64,000 nt of DNA from a virus (Duplodnaviria > Heunggongvirae > Uroviricota > Caudoviricetes). Each line of letters starts with the position of its first letter. Position 1 is the stretch's first letter. The notes under the pieces were generated by a model, which saw only the letters and a list, made by a program, of their open reading frames with translations, was not told the DNA's origin and made no database searches. Positions 24,680 to 34,600 of this stretch are shown in pieces. The translations under genes and the position numbers were made by a program. The stretch spans positions 64,001-128,000 of IMG/VR virus record IMGVR_UViG_3300028797_000099. One strand, 5' to 3'.

Positions 24680-25036
24680 TTATTTGCAACCACCAAATAC
24701 CAGAAAGATAACAACGCCGAATATCATAAGTGGCATGGCGTTGATTGAAATAATGTACTGCCAGTAAAACCTAAGGTCGTTATACTCTGGGTGACAGTCC
24801 CGCATCTCTGGATAGACCACGAGGACCCAAAGAAACGTAACAGGAACCATACTGAATATGCCAAAGAGCGTACTCTTAAAGATTGGAAAGAATTCGACTA
24901 CCTGGTTGTACTTATCACTCCAGAAACCGAAGCCTATTCCTAGAAAGGCAACAACTAGCGGCCAAACAACCGAGAAGTTCAGCAGCTTCTCACGGAAATC
25001 TTCACCCTTTGTATGTGGAACCGTGCAGTCTCTCAT
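24680..25036 (-). CDS. Small membrane protein (about 3 TM)
   Basis: Three hydrophobic segments; AGGAGG SD. Confidence 0.7.
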   Translation of the reverse strand: MRDCTVPHTKGEDFREKLLNFSVVWPLVVAFLGIGFGFWSDKYNQVVEFFPIFKSTLFGIFSMVPVTFLWVLVVYPEMRDCHPEYNDLRFYWQYIISINAMPLMIFGVVIFLVFGGCK

Positions 25037-25141
25037 TAGCGAGCCTCCTTTTCTTCGTCATCGACGAGGTTAACACATGGAATTTTTAGACCGTCACCCA
25101 TGTCGATTACGCAGTTTCGGTGACTGCATATAAGACAGAGG

Positions 25142-25327
25142 TCACGGTTTTTGACTTTCTTGGTAGCAAGCTGTGTATTGTCCATTACGAATCCTTTTGT
25201 ATATGGTAGCATAGATTGCGTTTAGTAGTGCGAAAGCGACTGCAAAAATAGCAGCCGCTATCCTGAAACCAAGGAATATGTCATGCAGCCGTAGCTTTAA
25301 ACGGCGGTATGATTTCCTTGATATCAT
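25142..25327 (-). CDS. Small single-TM protein
   Basis: ATGA overlap with infC stop; hydrophobic core. Confidence 0.5.
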   Translation of the reverse strand: MISRKSYRRLKLRLHDIFLGFRIAAAIFAVAFALLNAIYATIYKRIRNGQYTACYQESQKP

Positions 25328-25920
25328 ACGGATGCCTTCGGCTGCGACTTGCCCTTCACATAGAAGAACACCCAGTCACGAGCATGATTCTGTTCAGTGA
25401 TAGGCAATTCCTTGGTGCAGACTGCGTTGGCCGCACTCATCTTGTTGACAATCATCGGTTTCAGCGTGGACATCGCAGCGTCCTTGTGGGAGAGTTCACG
25501 ACCATGGAACTGTACCGCAATCTTGACAGGATGACCAGCTTCAATGAACTCGGCTGCCTTGTTCATCTTGGTGTTGAAATCGTTTTCGCCAATGTTCGGG
25601 CCAAAAGTAATAGTCTTCTCTTCGGAACGACGAGCGTTTTCACGGTTCTTCTTGTCCTGTTCCTTTTGAGCCTTTTTCTTCAAGTATTCTTCCTTCTTGC
25701 GGTCACCGAGCTTGAAGATAGCAGCCTTTTCGTTAACAACGACAACGTCAAGACCCTGGTCTTTTGCCAGCGTTTCCGCCTGACCATAGGTCATCTGTTC
25801 GATTGTCCCATCATCTTTCTTCAAACGAATGGAAGCGTTACGGTCAAAGGTCTGGGTTTCGGTGGATTCCTTAGCACTACGCTTAAAACCGTAGTTGCCG
25901 TTGTTGTAGGATTTGTACAT
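25324..25920 (-). CDS. infC: Translation initiation factor IF-3
   Basis: IRL...A..LA...GLDVVVV; K.ITFGPNIGENDFNTK...FIEAGHPVKIAVQFHGRE. Confidence 0.88.
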   Translation of the reverse strand: MYKSYNNGNYGFKRSAKESTETQTFDRNASIRLKKDDGTIEQMTYGQAETLAKDQGLDVVVVNEKAAIFKLGDRKKEEYLKKKAQKEQDKKNRENARRSEEKTITFGPNIGENDFNTKMNKAAEFIEAGHPVKIAVQFHGRELSHKDAAMSTLKPMIVNKMSAANAVCTKELPITEQNHARDWVFFYVKGKSQPKASV

Positions 25921-25972
25921 TTAATTTCCTTGTTTTAATTGTTGATTAGGGATTGTTTATCCCGATGACAAG

Positions 25973-26001
25973 AATATAGATAAATAAATCCCCTCTGTCA
26001 A
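25973..26001 (-). promoter_or_regulatory. Sigma70-type promoter of infC
   Basis: TTGACA-N17-TATATT. Confidence 0.75.
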
Positions 26002-26042
26002 GGGGATTTAAACAATGTAATGTAAAAATATATTAACAAATC

Positions 26043-29000
26043 CTAATCCACGAAGTCTACGCAAGTCGGTTTAATTGCGTTATACAAATCGACAAACTCC
26101 TGCACCGATATCGGGGTGTCATAGAACCTGAAATCATAAGATTTAGGAATGCTGATTTTCGTACTGTTGGACTTGATTGTCCAGTTTTCCGTGATGGTTC
26201 TCCATGTAAGCTCGTTTCCGACAGCGACCCTGATAGGATAGCGTTTCTTCTCGACGACGGGCTTTATTTCCCCGTCCTCGTCCTCCTCATATCTCGTCAC
26301 CACGTCGTACGTCGGCACCTCATGCGAAAGGAAAGCGTCATAGGTTATAGACTTTTCGTCCTGCTTATCAACCGTGATAGTAAACGGTATCGGGCGGATT
26401 CGCCCCTTATCCGAATAGGCATAATAGGTATTGCCAACCGTGAGAGGGCTACTTGCAGGAACAACCAATGTATAGTAATCCTTACTTTCAACGGTGGATT
26501 TATACTTCATCGGATAGTCCGCAGTGCCGCTAAACACCCAGGACGGGTCGCTAATCTTTATTCCTTCACCGACCATCCGATGATGGTACAGTTCCACATG
26601 GTAGGCATCCTTGTCGAATCCTGCGGGGAGCGACACCAGCGCCGTCGCTTTATTATTGTCGATACGAGTAACCGTTGCCTTCAACTTATCTTCCAAGGCA
26701 TTTCCGTTAGACACATCGACCACGTCGCCGACCTGCAAATTATCGACCTTTCCGTCAGTAGGAACGTCGAATTTTATCATTGCCGCAGAGACACTCGCCT
26801 CGCTTATTGGAACTTCCCTGTAATATACTGGCTCATCGTCTTCTGTAGATGAAACGGCGAGAAGTTCAAACCAGTCGGTCACATAAACCATTTCCGTAGT
26901 AGCGGCACCGACTTGATGCAAGCGATATGCAACATACTCCTTAGGATTCTTCGAGGTGCGTCCCACCAAAGCATACATAGTCCATGAGCCGACACGGTCA
27001 TCGTCCATATCCGCCTGCCAGAACACGATGCTGAACCCGCTATAATCACTGCTGTTGTACTTGTCGTTTTCTCCCTTCGAGAACGCACCGTACTCGTGGT
27101 CGCATAGAACATCCTCATTGCAGTCCGGCAATACAGCACCCTCAATGCAGGTATCTTCCAGTACAATATCCTCCACATCAAACCTGTACTGCTTGTCGAA
27201 GGATTCCACATTCTTGACACAATCATCAATGAGCGGGTCGCCACTGCTACCCGGCATCAATTCCTTATCGACTTCCGTCTTTATCTGATAGTCCGTAATC
27301 CTGATTCGCTTACCCGGAACCAGAGTGCCTTCTTTCTCGCCGCACTTGCCGACAACCTTCACCGTCCTTGTAGCGGTATTCAATACGCACGAGCCGTTCA
27401 GGTAGTAATACCAGATGTGATAGATTCCACACTTGCAGAAGTCAATGTCATTGTATGTAACAATGTCGTTCGACATGTCGATTGAATTGCCACTGTACGG
27501 GCCAGCCTTACCCAGATACTTCCAGTCGCCGCACATGATGCGGTACAGGCCGTCCTGACCGTCTTCCTGATTCTGCAGGTTTACAATCATCCCGCTTCTG
27601 AGGTTGACACTTCCAATCCAGTAGTTTCCATACTTTCTTCCGACATTGGTGTCTATGGTTGCCGCTACGGTCTCGGTTACACGGGCGCCGAGGTCAATGA
27701 ACATATCATCCGTGACTGGACCGTAATATTCCCATGCCGTCTTCTTTACAACCCACAGGCCGTTTTCGCTTACAGCCTTTACTGATTCAGTATCATCTTC
27801 ATCATCAGGGGAATCCTTATCGAACTGCGACGTAAGCCATACCAAGTCGTTTTCCTGCAACTTGATTCCGTTAAGCGTAAGTTCACCGTACTTGTATTCA
27901 AGATACTCGTTATACTTCACCTTTACCGAAATGTATCTCATTTTACAGCAAGATTCTTTATCACGCAACTTGATATAAAGGTCCTTGCCGTAAGTCTTCA
28001 TCGGAGTGTTCACATTGTTGGGGTCGTCATCCGTGTTCAACTCGATTGGCGAAACATAGATGCAGTTCGCACCAGTCGTGTACTTTCCATCAAACTTAGA
28101 GCCGTCGTAGACATACCTTATGACCGGGAAATCGACACGATATGCAGCCTCAGTGCCATCGCAACCTTTGCCGCTCAATACTATCCTGCTCTTTCCGCAG
28201 ACTTCCCTTCCTTGTTCATCAACAGGGAACATGCCCTTCATCAGGTTTATCTTGATTTGATTGTTCTCCCAATCAATTTCATACACGGGCACGTCCGCCT
28301 TGCTTGAACCGTTATACAGTTGCAGTTCGGTGCAGGAAGACCTAGAAGCCTCGACGATGAAATCATTGTGGCACACATCAATCGGAAAACCCTGAGCGTT
28401 AATATCTACGGGGCTTTCCAATGTAAGCGTATTGTCGTTCTGAACGTACTTGACTTTTATTTTATCAGATTCCCGCCCACCGTCCATGTACTTCTTCGCC
28501 TTGTCGATGACATAGTAGGTGTCGTTGCCATAATCATCCACACCAACCTTGTATTTCAGGGTAAGGATATCGCCTGGGGCAAACAGTTCCTTTACCTTGT
28601 ATCTAGGTTGTATCTTTATGCTCTGGTAGAACATCTGACAGAACCGGGTCTCAAACGAAGAATGCTCGGCAACCACCTTGTCGCCTTCGTTCTCGAAAAG
28701 CACATGGAAATAGTCCAGCAGCTTATCAATGTCCGCAGTGGACGGGTCAAACCCCTCATGGCACGGGGTATTTCCATTCTCGTCAACCACTGGCAGCATG
28801 TTGAAGTCGAGAACCAGCTGTTTTCCGTAGGTATTCGCCTCGGTTGCCGCATTCTCGACATGGCCAGGTATAACGGTATAAATTGGAAGCGTGCATGTTT
28901 CTTCGGCGCCGTTCACACGCAGTTCAAGTTCATTGATGACAGGGCATTCGCACGCATGAGCATTGATAAGATTACACTTGTACAACGTCAGTTCGTAATA

Positions 29001-29192
29001 GGCGCCATCATACATCGGTTCCAGATGGAACAGGCCGTCATCATCGGCCAAATCCAAACTTTTGATATCATCAGCGACGAGTATACGAGAGACGAACTGA
29101 CCTGTATAGTTACGGCCATAGATTATAAACGGTGTTTCTATCTTAATCTTCTCTGTATCGCACAACGCCATCGAGGTAAACCACTGATTCAA
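26043..29192 (-). CDS. Large Cys/Asp-rich protein, probably virion (tail/baseplate); start may be ATG 29171
   Basis: 1049-aa ORF; TATAAACTA upstream; internally repeated V.L..Q....ENGLW/QDGLY motif. Confidence 0.65.
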   Translation of the reverse strand: MNQWFTSMALCDTEKIKIETPFIIYGRNYTGQFVSRILVADDIKSLDLADDDGLFHLEPMYDGAYYELTLYKCNLINAHACECPVINELELRVNGAEETCTLPIYTVIPGHVENAATEANTYGKQLVLDFNMLPVVDENGNTPCHEGFDPSTADIDKLLDYFHVLFENEGDKVVAEHSSFETRFCQMFYQSIKIQPRYKVKELFAPGDILTLKYKVGVDDYGNDTYYVIDKAKKYMDGGRESDKIKVKYVQNDNTLTLESPVDINAQGFPIDVCHNDFIVEASRSSCTELQLYNGSSKADVPVYEIDWENNQIKINLMKGMFPVDEQGREVCGKSRIVLSGKGCDGTEAAYRVDFPVIRYVYDGSKFDGKYTTGANCIYVSPIELNTDDDPNNVNTPMKTYGKDLYIKLRDKESCCKMRYISVKVKYNEYLEYKYGELTLNGIKLQENDLVWLTSQFDKDSPDDEDDTESVKAVSENGLWVVKKTAWEYYGPVTDDMFIDLGARVTETVAATIDTNVGRKYGNYWIGSVNLRSGMIVNLQNQEDGQDGLYRIMCGDWKYLGKAGPYSGNSIDMSNDIVTYNDIDFCKCGIYHIWYYYLNGSCVLNTATRTVKVVGKCGEKEGTLVPGKRIRITDYQIKTEVDKELMPGSSGDPLIDDCVKNVESFDKQYRFDVEDIVLEDTCIEGAVLPDCNEDVLCDHEYGAFSKGENDKYNSSDYSGFSIVFWQADMDDDRVGSWTMYALVGRTSKNPKEYVAYRLHQVGAATTEMVYVTDWFELLAVSSTEDDEPVYYREVPISEASVSAAMIKFDVPTDGKVDNLQVGDVVDVSNGNALEDKLKATVTRIDNNKATALVSLPAGFDKDAYHVELYHHRMVGEGIKISDPSWVFSGTADYPMKYKSTVESKDYYTLVVPASSPLTVGNTYYAYSDKGRIRPIPFTITVDKQDEKSITYDAFLSHEVPTYDVVTRYEEDEDGEIKPVVEKKRYPIRVAVGNELTWRTITENWTIKSNSTKISIPKSYDFRFYDTPISVQEFVDLYNAIKPTCVDFVD

Positions 29193-29203
29193 TCATCAAT
29201 AGT

Positions 29204-29758
29204 TTATACCCCGTCCAGCTCGGAAAACGACAGGTCGGGCACCGATGCGACCGTCGGGTCTTGTTTCTTCCCGACATCCTTAAACGCTTGCTCGCAAGGA
29301 TACATCAGGATATTCTTGTATATCTCCCATAACAAATCGGGAACCTCGACAGCATGAGAAGGGGAAACAGAAAGCCAACACCTACCGTCCTCGACAAGTC
29401 CAAAACCAACCCACTTCTTACATTTCAGTTTCGAGAACAGGAAGTCCATCCGCATCTTATACATAGATTTGTCTCCCCTAAATGTATGCCTTCCCTTGCT
29501 GTATTCACTCTTGAAGGTCAAGCAAAGCTGGACTACCCCTCTATCAAGTACATTGACGATGATTCCTATTGTACAGTCACGCAATTTCTTTTCGGATTTT
29601 ACCGACACGACTTCCATCAGTGCGATTCCCTTCCATTCATCTACGGACGCATACCGTTTAAACCCCGATGCCGTAGTCTTCTTGTTCCACTGGTCGAGCT
29701 TGTATCCGCTGATATCAGCCAATAAGTCAGAAAAGTTGTATTCTTCCAAAGTTCGCAT
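29204..29758 (-). CDS. Hypothetical protein
   Basis: ORF track; ATG 29758 chosen as start. Confidence 0.6.
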   Translation of the reverse strand: MRTLEEYNFSDLLADISGYKLDQWNKKTTASGFKRYASVDEWKGIALMEVVSVKSEKKLRDCTIGIIVNVLDRGVVQLCLTFKSEYSKGRHTFRGDKSMYKMRMDFLFSKLKCKKWVGFGLVEDGRCWLSVSPSHAVEVPDLLWEIYKNILMYPCEQAFKDVGKKQDPTVASVPDLSFSELDGV

Positions 29759-29843
29759 AAAAGTAAATATAATTCGCCAAATGAAATTTGGCAAGGCTTT
29801 GTTGAAGCTATAAACTAAATGAGAAGTCATAAAAGGATTCTTT

Positions 29844-30326
29844 ATGGGTACGCTAAAATCTTCCGAATACGCTTATCGCAGTGCTGGTGACAACTTCGAC
29901 ACCCACCCGGACTACAGACACGACATGTTCACGATGTGCCAGGAATACGCCAAGAACGTGAGCGACATTTCAAGCGGCAAGGCTAAGAAGTTCCTCGACC
30001 GTGCATATAGCCAGAACTACTGGCATACCGCAGACCGACTCGCAGCCGAGCAGGATAAATTCCTTGAAGACGACATGGTAAACAACACCCCAGGTCGTGG
30101 CTACCGCAATTACCGCCGCATGGAGTACGACATCCCCAAGGACGCCAGCAACATTGGCAAGTCCGCACAGAGGGACCGTGAAGCCGCAGAGGAACGTGGC
30201 GTATGGGACAAGGACGAACTGCTTAAAGCTCTCAGGCAGAACAGGTTCGCCATCTGCTCTACCGCATCGGCAACTTCCGACAAACCGATTACCCAGAAGG
30301 ACTACAAGGACCAGATTAAGCTTTAG
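29844..30326 (+). CDS. Hypothetical protein
   Basis: TATAAAC at 29809 and AAAGGA SD. Confidence 0.75.
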   Translation: MGTLKSSEYAYRSAGDNFDTHPDYRHDMFTMCQEYAKNVSDISSGKAKKFLDRAYSQNYWHTADRLAAEQDKFLEDDMVNNTPGRGYRNYRRMEYDIPKDASNIGKSAQRDREAAEERGVWDKDELLKALRQNRFAICSTASATSDKPITQKDYKDQIKL

Positions 30327-30355
30327 TTGTGGTGAATTGCCTCCTTATAGCCACA

Positions 30356-30392
30356 ACAAAGGAGCCTCCCTGCAAAGGGAGGCTTTCTTGTT
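30356..30392. terminator. Bidirectional terminator
   Basis: aaaggagcctccc-tgcaaa-gggaggctttctt. Confidence 0.75.
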
Positions 30393-30407
30393 ATATGAAA
30401 CGAACCT

Positions 30408-30878
30408 CTAGTTCTGGTGTTTCTTCTTGTACTCGGCATACAGCGTTTCGAGGAACTTTACCGCCTTGTCTGTCGGCATCCTCCCCGTCGCCTTGCGCTG
30501 TGACGTGAAGTACCGTTTGAACTTCTTCGGTTCAATCTGGGCAATAGGTATCGCATCAACCACATGCCAGCCATAGTCCTGAAATGGGATGAAACCAGCC
30601 ATTTGCAGCATTACGGTGAAATGAATGTACCTGTCGCTCATCGGATTGCCATCGGCATCACGTAGAGGCATCTTGCGACCAACCCACCTCAGAAGTTTGT
30701 TGAACGGAGTGCAGATGAAATTCCACGGTCTACGGAACAACCTGAAATAAAGGCTAGGCTTTATCAGCAGGGCGTTAGTGCCGTATGTCGCTTTGACAAA
30801 TGCAACGAGCTGGCTCCTAGGTAGGCAAACGAGCTCACCCATTTCAGCAAGCGTATCGACATATTCTTGCATGGTCAT
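30408..30878 (-). CDS. Hypothetical protein
   Basis: GAGG SD; ORF track. Confidence 0.7.
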   Translation of the reverse strand: MTMQEYVDTLAEMGELVCLPRSQLVAFVKATYGTNALLIKPSLYFRLFRRPWNFICTPFNKLLRWVGRKMPLRDADGNPMSDRYIHFTVMLQMAGFIPFQDYGWHVVDAIPIAQIEPKKFKRYFTSQRKATGRMPTDKAVKFLETLYAEYKKKHQN

Positions 30879-30926
30879 AATATGTACCTCATTTCTTGTG
30901 AACCGAACGAGTTTTCCAGCCGTCCA

Positions 30927-31526
30927 TTAGGCTTCCTTCTTGGTTTTCTTGGCACCCTTCTTCACGGTCTTCTTGAAACCAACGTACTCCACTTCGACTT
31001 TCTTTTCTTTCTTGGCAGTTTTACCAGCCTTCTTCTTTGCCTTGGGCTTGTCGGCAATCGGTTGGAGAAGCTTCGGGGCAGCTACGTTATCGGCGTTCCA
31101 CAGACGCTCATGGCAGAAAGCCTTCATGCCTTCGAAGAGAAGGACTACGATATTGTGAAGGCTCGGCACGTCGCAAACGACTTCCGTCGGTTCGCTGTTC
31201 TTGAGGTTCGTGTCAATCTTCACCTTGTCGACCTCGTCGAGCGTGGTCCTTGATGTATTCATCAGGTCACGGGCGACACGGCAGAAACCTTCCCTCATGG
31301 AATTTTCTACGGCATCGAGGAAGTCATATATCTTGCCGTAATCTTCCGTATTGAGTTCGGTATTCAGTCTTGTGTTGCGGGCGTGCCAAAGGGTATCAAA
31401 ATCGGAGATTTTGTATTCGTTTTCGGGACGGTCAAGACCCCTGCCGAACGCACGGTCGAAAAGACTCTTCTGTTCGTCAAGTGTGATGTTGAGGTCTTTA
31501 GAATGGAGGGTAAGTGTATGTTTCAT
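30927..31526 (-). CDS. Hypothetical protein with Lys-rich C-terminal tail
   Basis: KPKAKKKAGKTAKKEKK...KKGAKKTKKEA. Confidence 0.75.
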   Translation of the reverse strand: MKHTLTLHSKDLNITLDEQKSLFDRAFGRGLDRPENEYKISDFDTLWHARNTRLNTELNTEDYGKIYDFLDAVENSMREGFCRVARDLMNTSRTTLDEVDKVKIDTNLKNSEPTEVVCDVPSLHNIVVLLFEGMKAFCHERLWNADNVAAPKLLQPIADKPKAKKKAGKTAKKEKKVEVEYVGFKKTVKKGAKKTKKEA

Positions 31527-31640
31527 TGGGATATCCCCTAAGTTAAACTAATCTTAAAATACATTTTTCGAAATATATTTTTATACCGAAACAGTTCTAT
31601 TCCACCGTGATAAACTATAAACGAAAATACGTGAGCCAAT

Positions 31641-34600
31641 ATGTTCGATTTCAGCAAATACTTCAAAAAGATGTCCGCAAAGACGGACGCCAAAATAGAG
31701 CTAAAAGACGTGCCCATAAAGGCAGACTCGTCCGTCGCAACAGATGACGGAGACAACTCTCTGAACGAATATGTTACCCGCAACATCGACTACATCGTTA
31801 CGGGCATAACCCTCGATGACACCACCCGTTACTACGGAACCGACCGTTATTTCGACGGAAGCACTAACGACAAGAAGGACATGCTGGTGCAAAGCTGTTC
31901 AGTAATTGGCGAGGACGGAAAAGAAAGCGACGACAGGTACGCTTTCAGGGTAGGCTCCTCTCTCGGGGATGCCGAATACGAGGTTCCACGACCAGGTGGC
32001 ACCCTGATTTCGACCGTCAATGGGTACGCCCATTACGACGACGATGCCAATGTAGACCAGAAAGTCGGACTTAAACTGAGTGTCGTGCCGAAATACGCCC
32101 TCATAAAGAACCCGCAGCCAGTAGCCGACGATGCCAGCGTGTATGCACACGCAATGGCCATGTTCGGCCTGTTCGGAAGCGGATGCGAAACGTACAAGTG
32201 GGCTACATCCGACAAGTACGAAAAGAAGAACTGCTCCCTTTCCCACTCCACGCTTCAACGCCGCATGAGCAAGGTAGCGAGGGATGTTCAGGAAAACAAG
32301 TTCGAGGTCGAAGTGTCTACCTATTATGACCTCGTGGACCCGAACGCCGCACCTCCGCCACCAGGAAAAAATGCGGAAGATGTTACAGTCGTCGACCTTT
32401 CAAGGCGCATGACAGCCTCCGATGTAGCCAAGGCGGATACGGCTGGGTTCTGCAAAAAGATGCAGAACTATGGCTATATGATTGACTGCACGGGAGACAA
32501 CCAGACTCCGTTCTTGCCTTCTCTCCGTGATGCATTCGAGGCGTACTTCCCGAAGGAAGAAGTCGCCGAAGATTTCGAAGACCAGTTCAGCGATGTCCTT
32601 GCCGGAATAAAGAGCCTTTGGTCATTGAAGAAGCACCTCAAAAAATCTACACGGCAAAAGATTGAGAAGGTCTCGGCAGCAGACTTCCGTAACGCCAGCC
32701 CAGATGAAATAAATTACACAGCCGAGGGAGAAACATTCCTGATTGATGTCGAATCGCTGAAATGCAGTTTTGCTAATGATGAGAGTTCTGACTTGAATAG
32801 TTTCGTTACTATCGTCACTCCATACTTCTCCATTGACAAATACAAACGATTCCAGTTTAAGAGGCAAATTAATGGAATATACATCTATACCAAAATGGAC
32901 TCGCCTGTCGTATTGAAGGACCTGTATGACGCCTACTCTGGCTCATCAGTTGCTAATGCATTGATATCATACACCGAGTATAAGTTACCCGATTTTTACT
33001 CTATGCTGGAAGGCATTTTTGATACCTATGTCGCACCAAGAATACCGAATATCAAAAAATATGAATGGCTCAGCAATCTGTTGAACCACGCCGTCATCGG
33101 TACAAAGACTCCGATATCAAAAGCAAATGACCCGTCATTTACTTCCCCATTCCTATTCGGGCAGACAGCCGAAGAGATTGAGGCCTATGTGAACGCAAAT
33201 TCGGAGATGACGATAAAGGTGGTCGACTGGTACAATGGCGCCAAATATGATACCGAAACCAACGTGGCGTCGACTGCACGCAAGGAGCTCATCCCGTTGT
33301 TCCAGGCGGATTCATCCATCACGTCATCGCACTTGCACGACAAGATAGACATTGTCGATGACATCGACGACATCGTAGATACTTTCGACTCCGTCATCAC
33401 GGCACTGGCATTTCTGCACCCATCGGCTGCTGCCATCTTGAAGATAAGGCTGAACTCGTTGAAGCGTGAAGTTGACGACTTCAACCGTGTAATCAACCGC
33501 ATAAAATACTTCGAGTATTACACTGCCGATTCAGTGTTTGAAAGCAAGGAACGCCTCCTCTCCGATGCGCAGTGCTATCGTGTTACCAACGGAATTCCAA
33601 TCACGGCCAATTACCCGGCAAGACTGCTGATTCCTACCCGCCTGTACAAAAAGGTCAAGAAGAAGATTCGTTTCCTCTACTTCTGGAAAACCATAACCAG
33701 AACAAAGTACATCGGCACACGCTGGACGGAAATCAGGTTCATCAATGTCGGGCTGTACAGCAAGTATCCGAAGGACATGAGGATACCCAAGCGCATGATA
33801 CCGTTCGAGTCCAGTTACACATACGGAACCAGCATTATTGTCAACAGGGAAATTCCTAGCGACCTCGAACCGGGAAAGAAGGTATCGCTCAAAGTCGAGA
33901 ACTTCGCAGATGAACTTTCCGCCACGATAACCGATGCCCATACGATAACTCTCGATTCTATCGCAGCAATACCGAAGACTGGAAATACCCAATACTTCAT
34001 GGTGGGCCTCGACGACACCAAGAGCGGCGACGAGACATCCCAGGTGAATATCGAGTACAACCTTCCATACTTCCCGTATGACGAGGAAATACGTGGATAC
34101 GCATTCGGTTCCTACGGCCCGTTCGACCAGTCGAGATATGCAATCAAGGACCGCAGCGGTAGCTTCGGTTCCGGCAAGGACGGCTGGAAAATCTTCTACG
34201 ATACCAGCAAGGAAATTTCCGCACTGAGGAAGGGAATAAACATATATCCATGTGTAGCCCACCTTGTCAAAATCTTGAAGGACGAGTTCGGAAAGGAAAA
34301 GGTCGAACTGGTAGAGACCACACGCTCTGTCGATGACCAGAGGGCAAGGTGCCTAGGCGGAAGCGAGAGCGCTTTCCTCTCATGGCACAACTACGGACTT
34401 GCTGCCAAAATAATGATTTATCAGGATGACAAGAAGACCCCAATCAAGGACGGAAGCGACGACATGATGAAGCTCGTCGATATCGCCCGTACGTTCACCG
34501 ACGATTGCCTGAACGGCAAGTACGGTACAAGGTTCAATGTTGTCTGGTGCGGTCGCCTTACTGTCGGTGCCGACCTGTTCGACTGGGAGTTTCTACCGAT

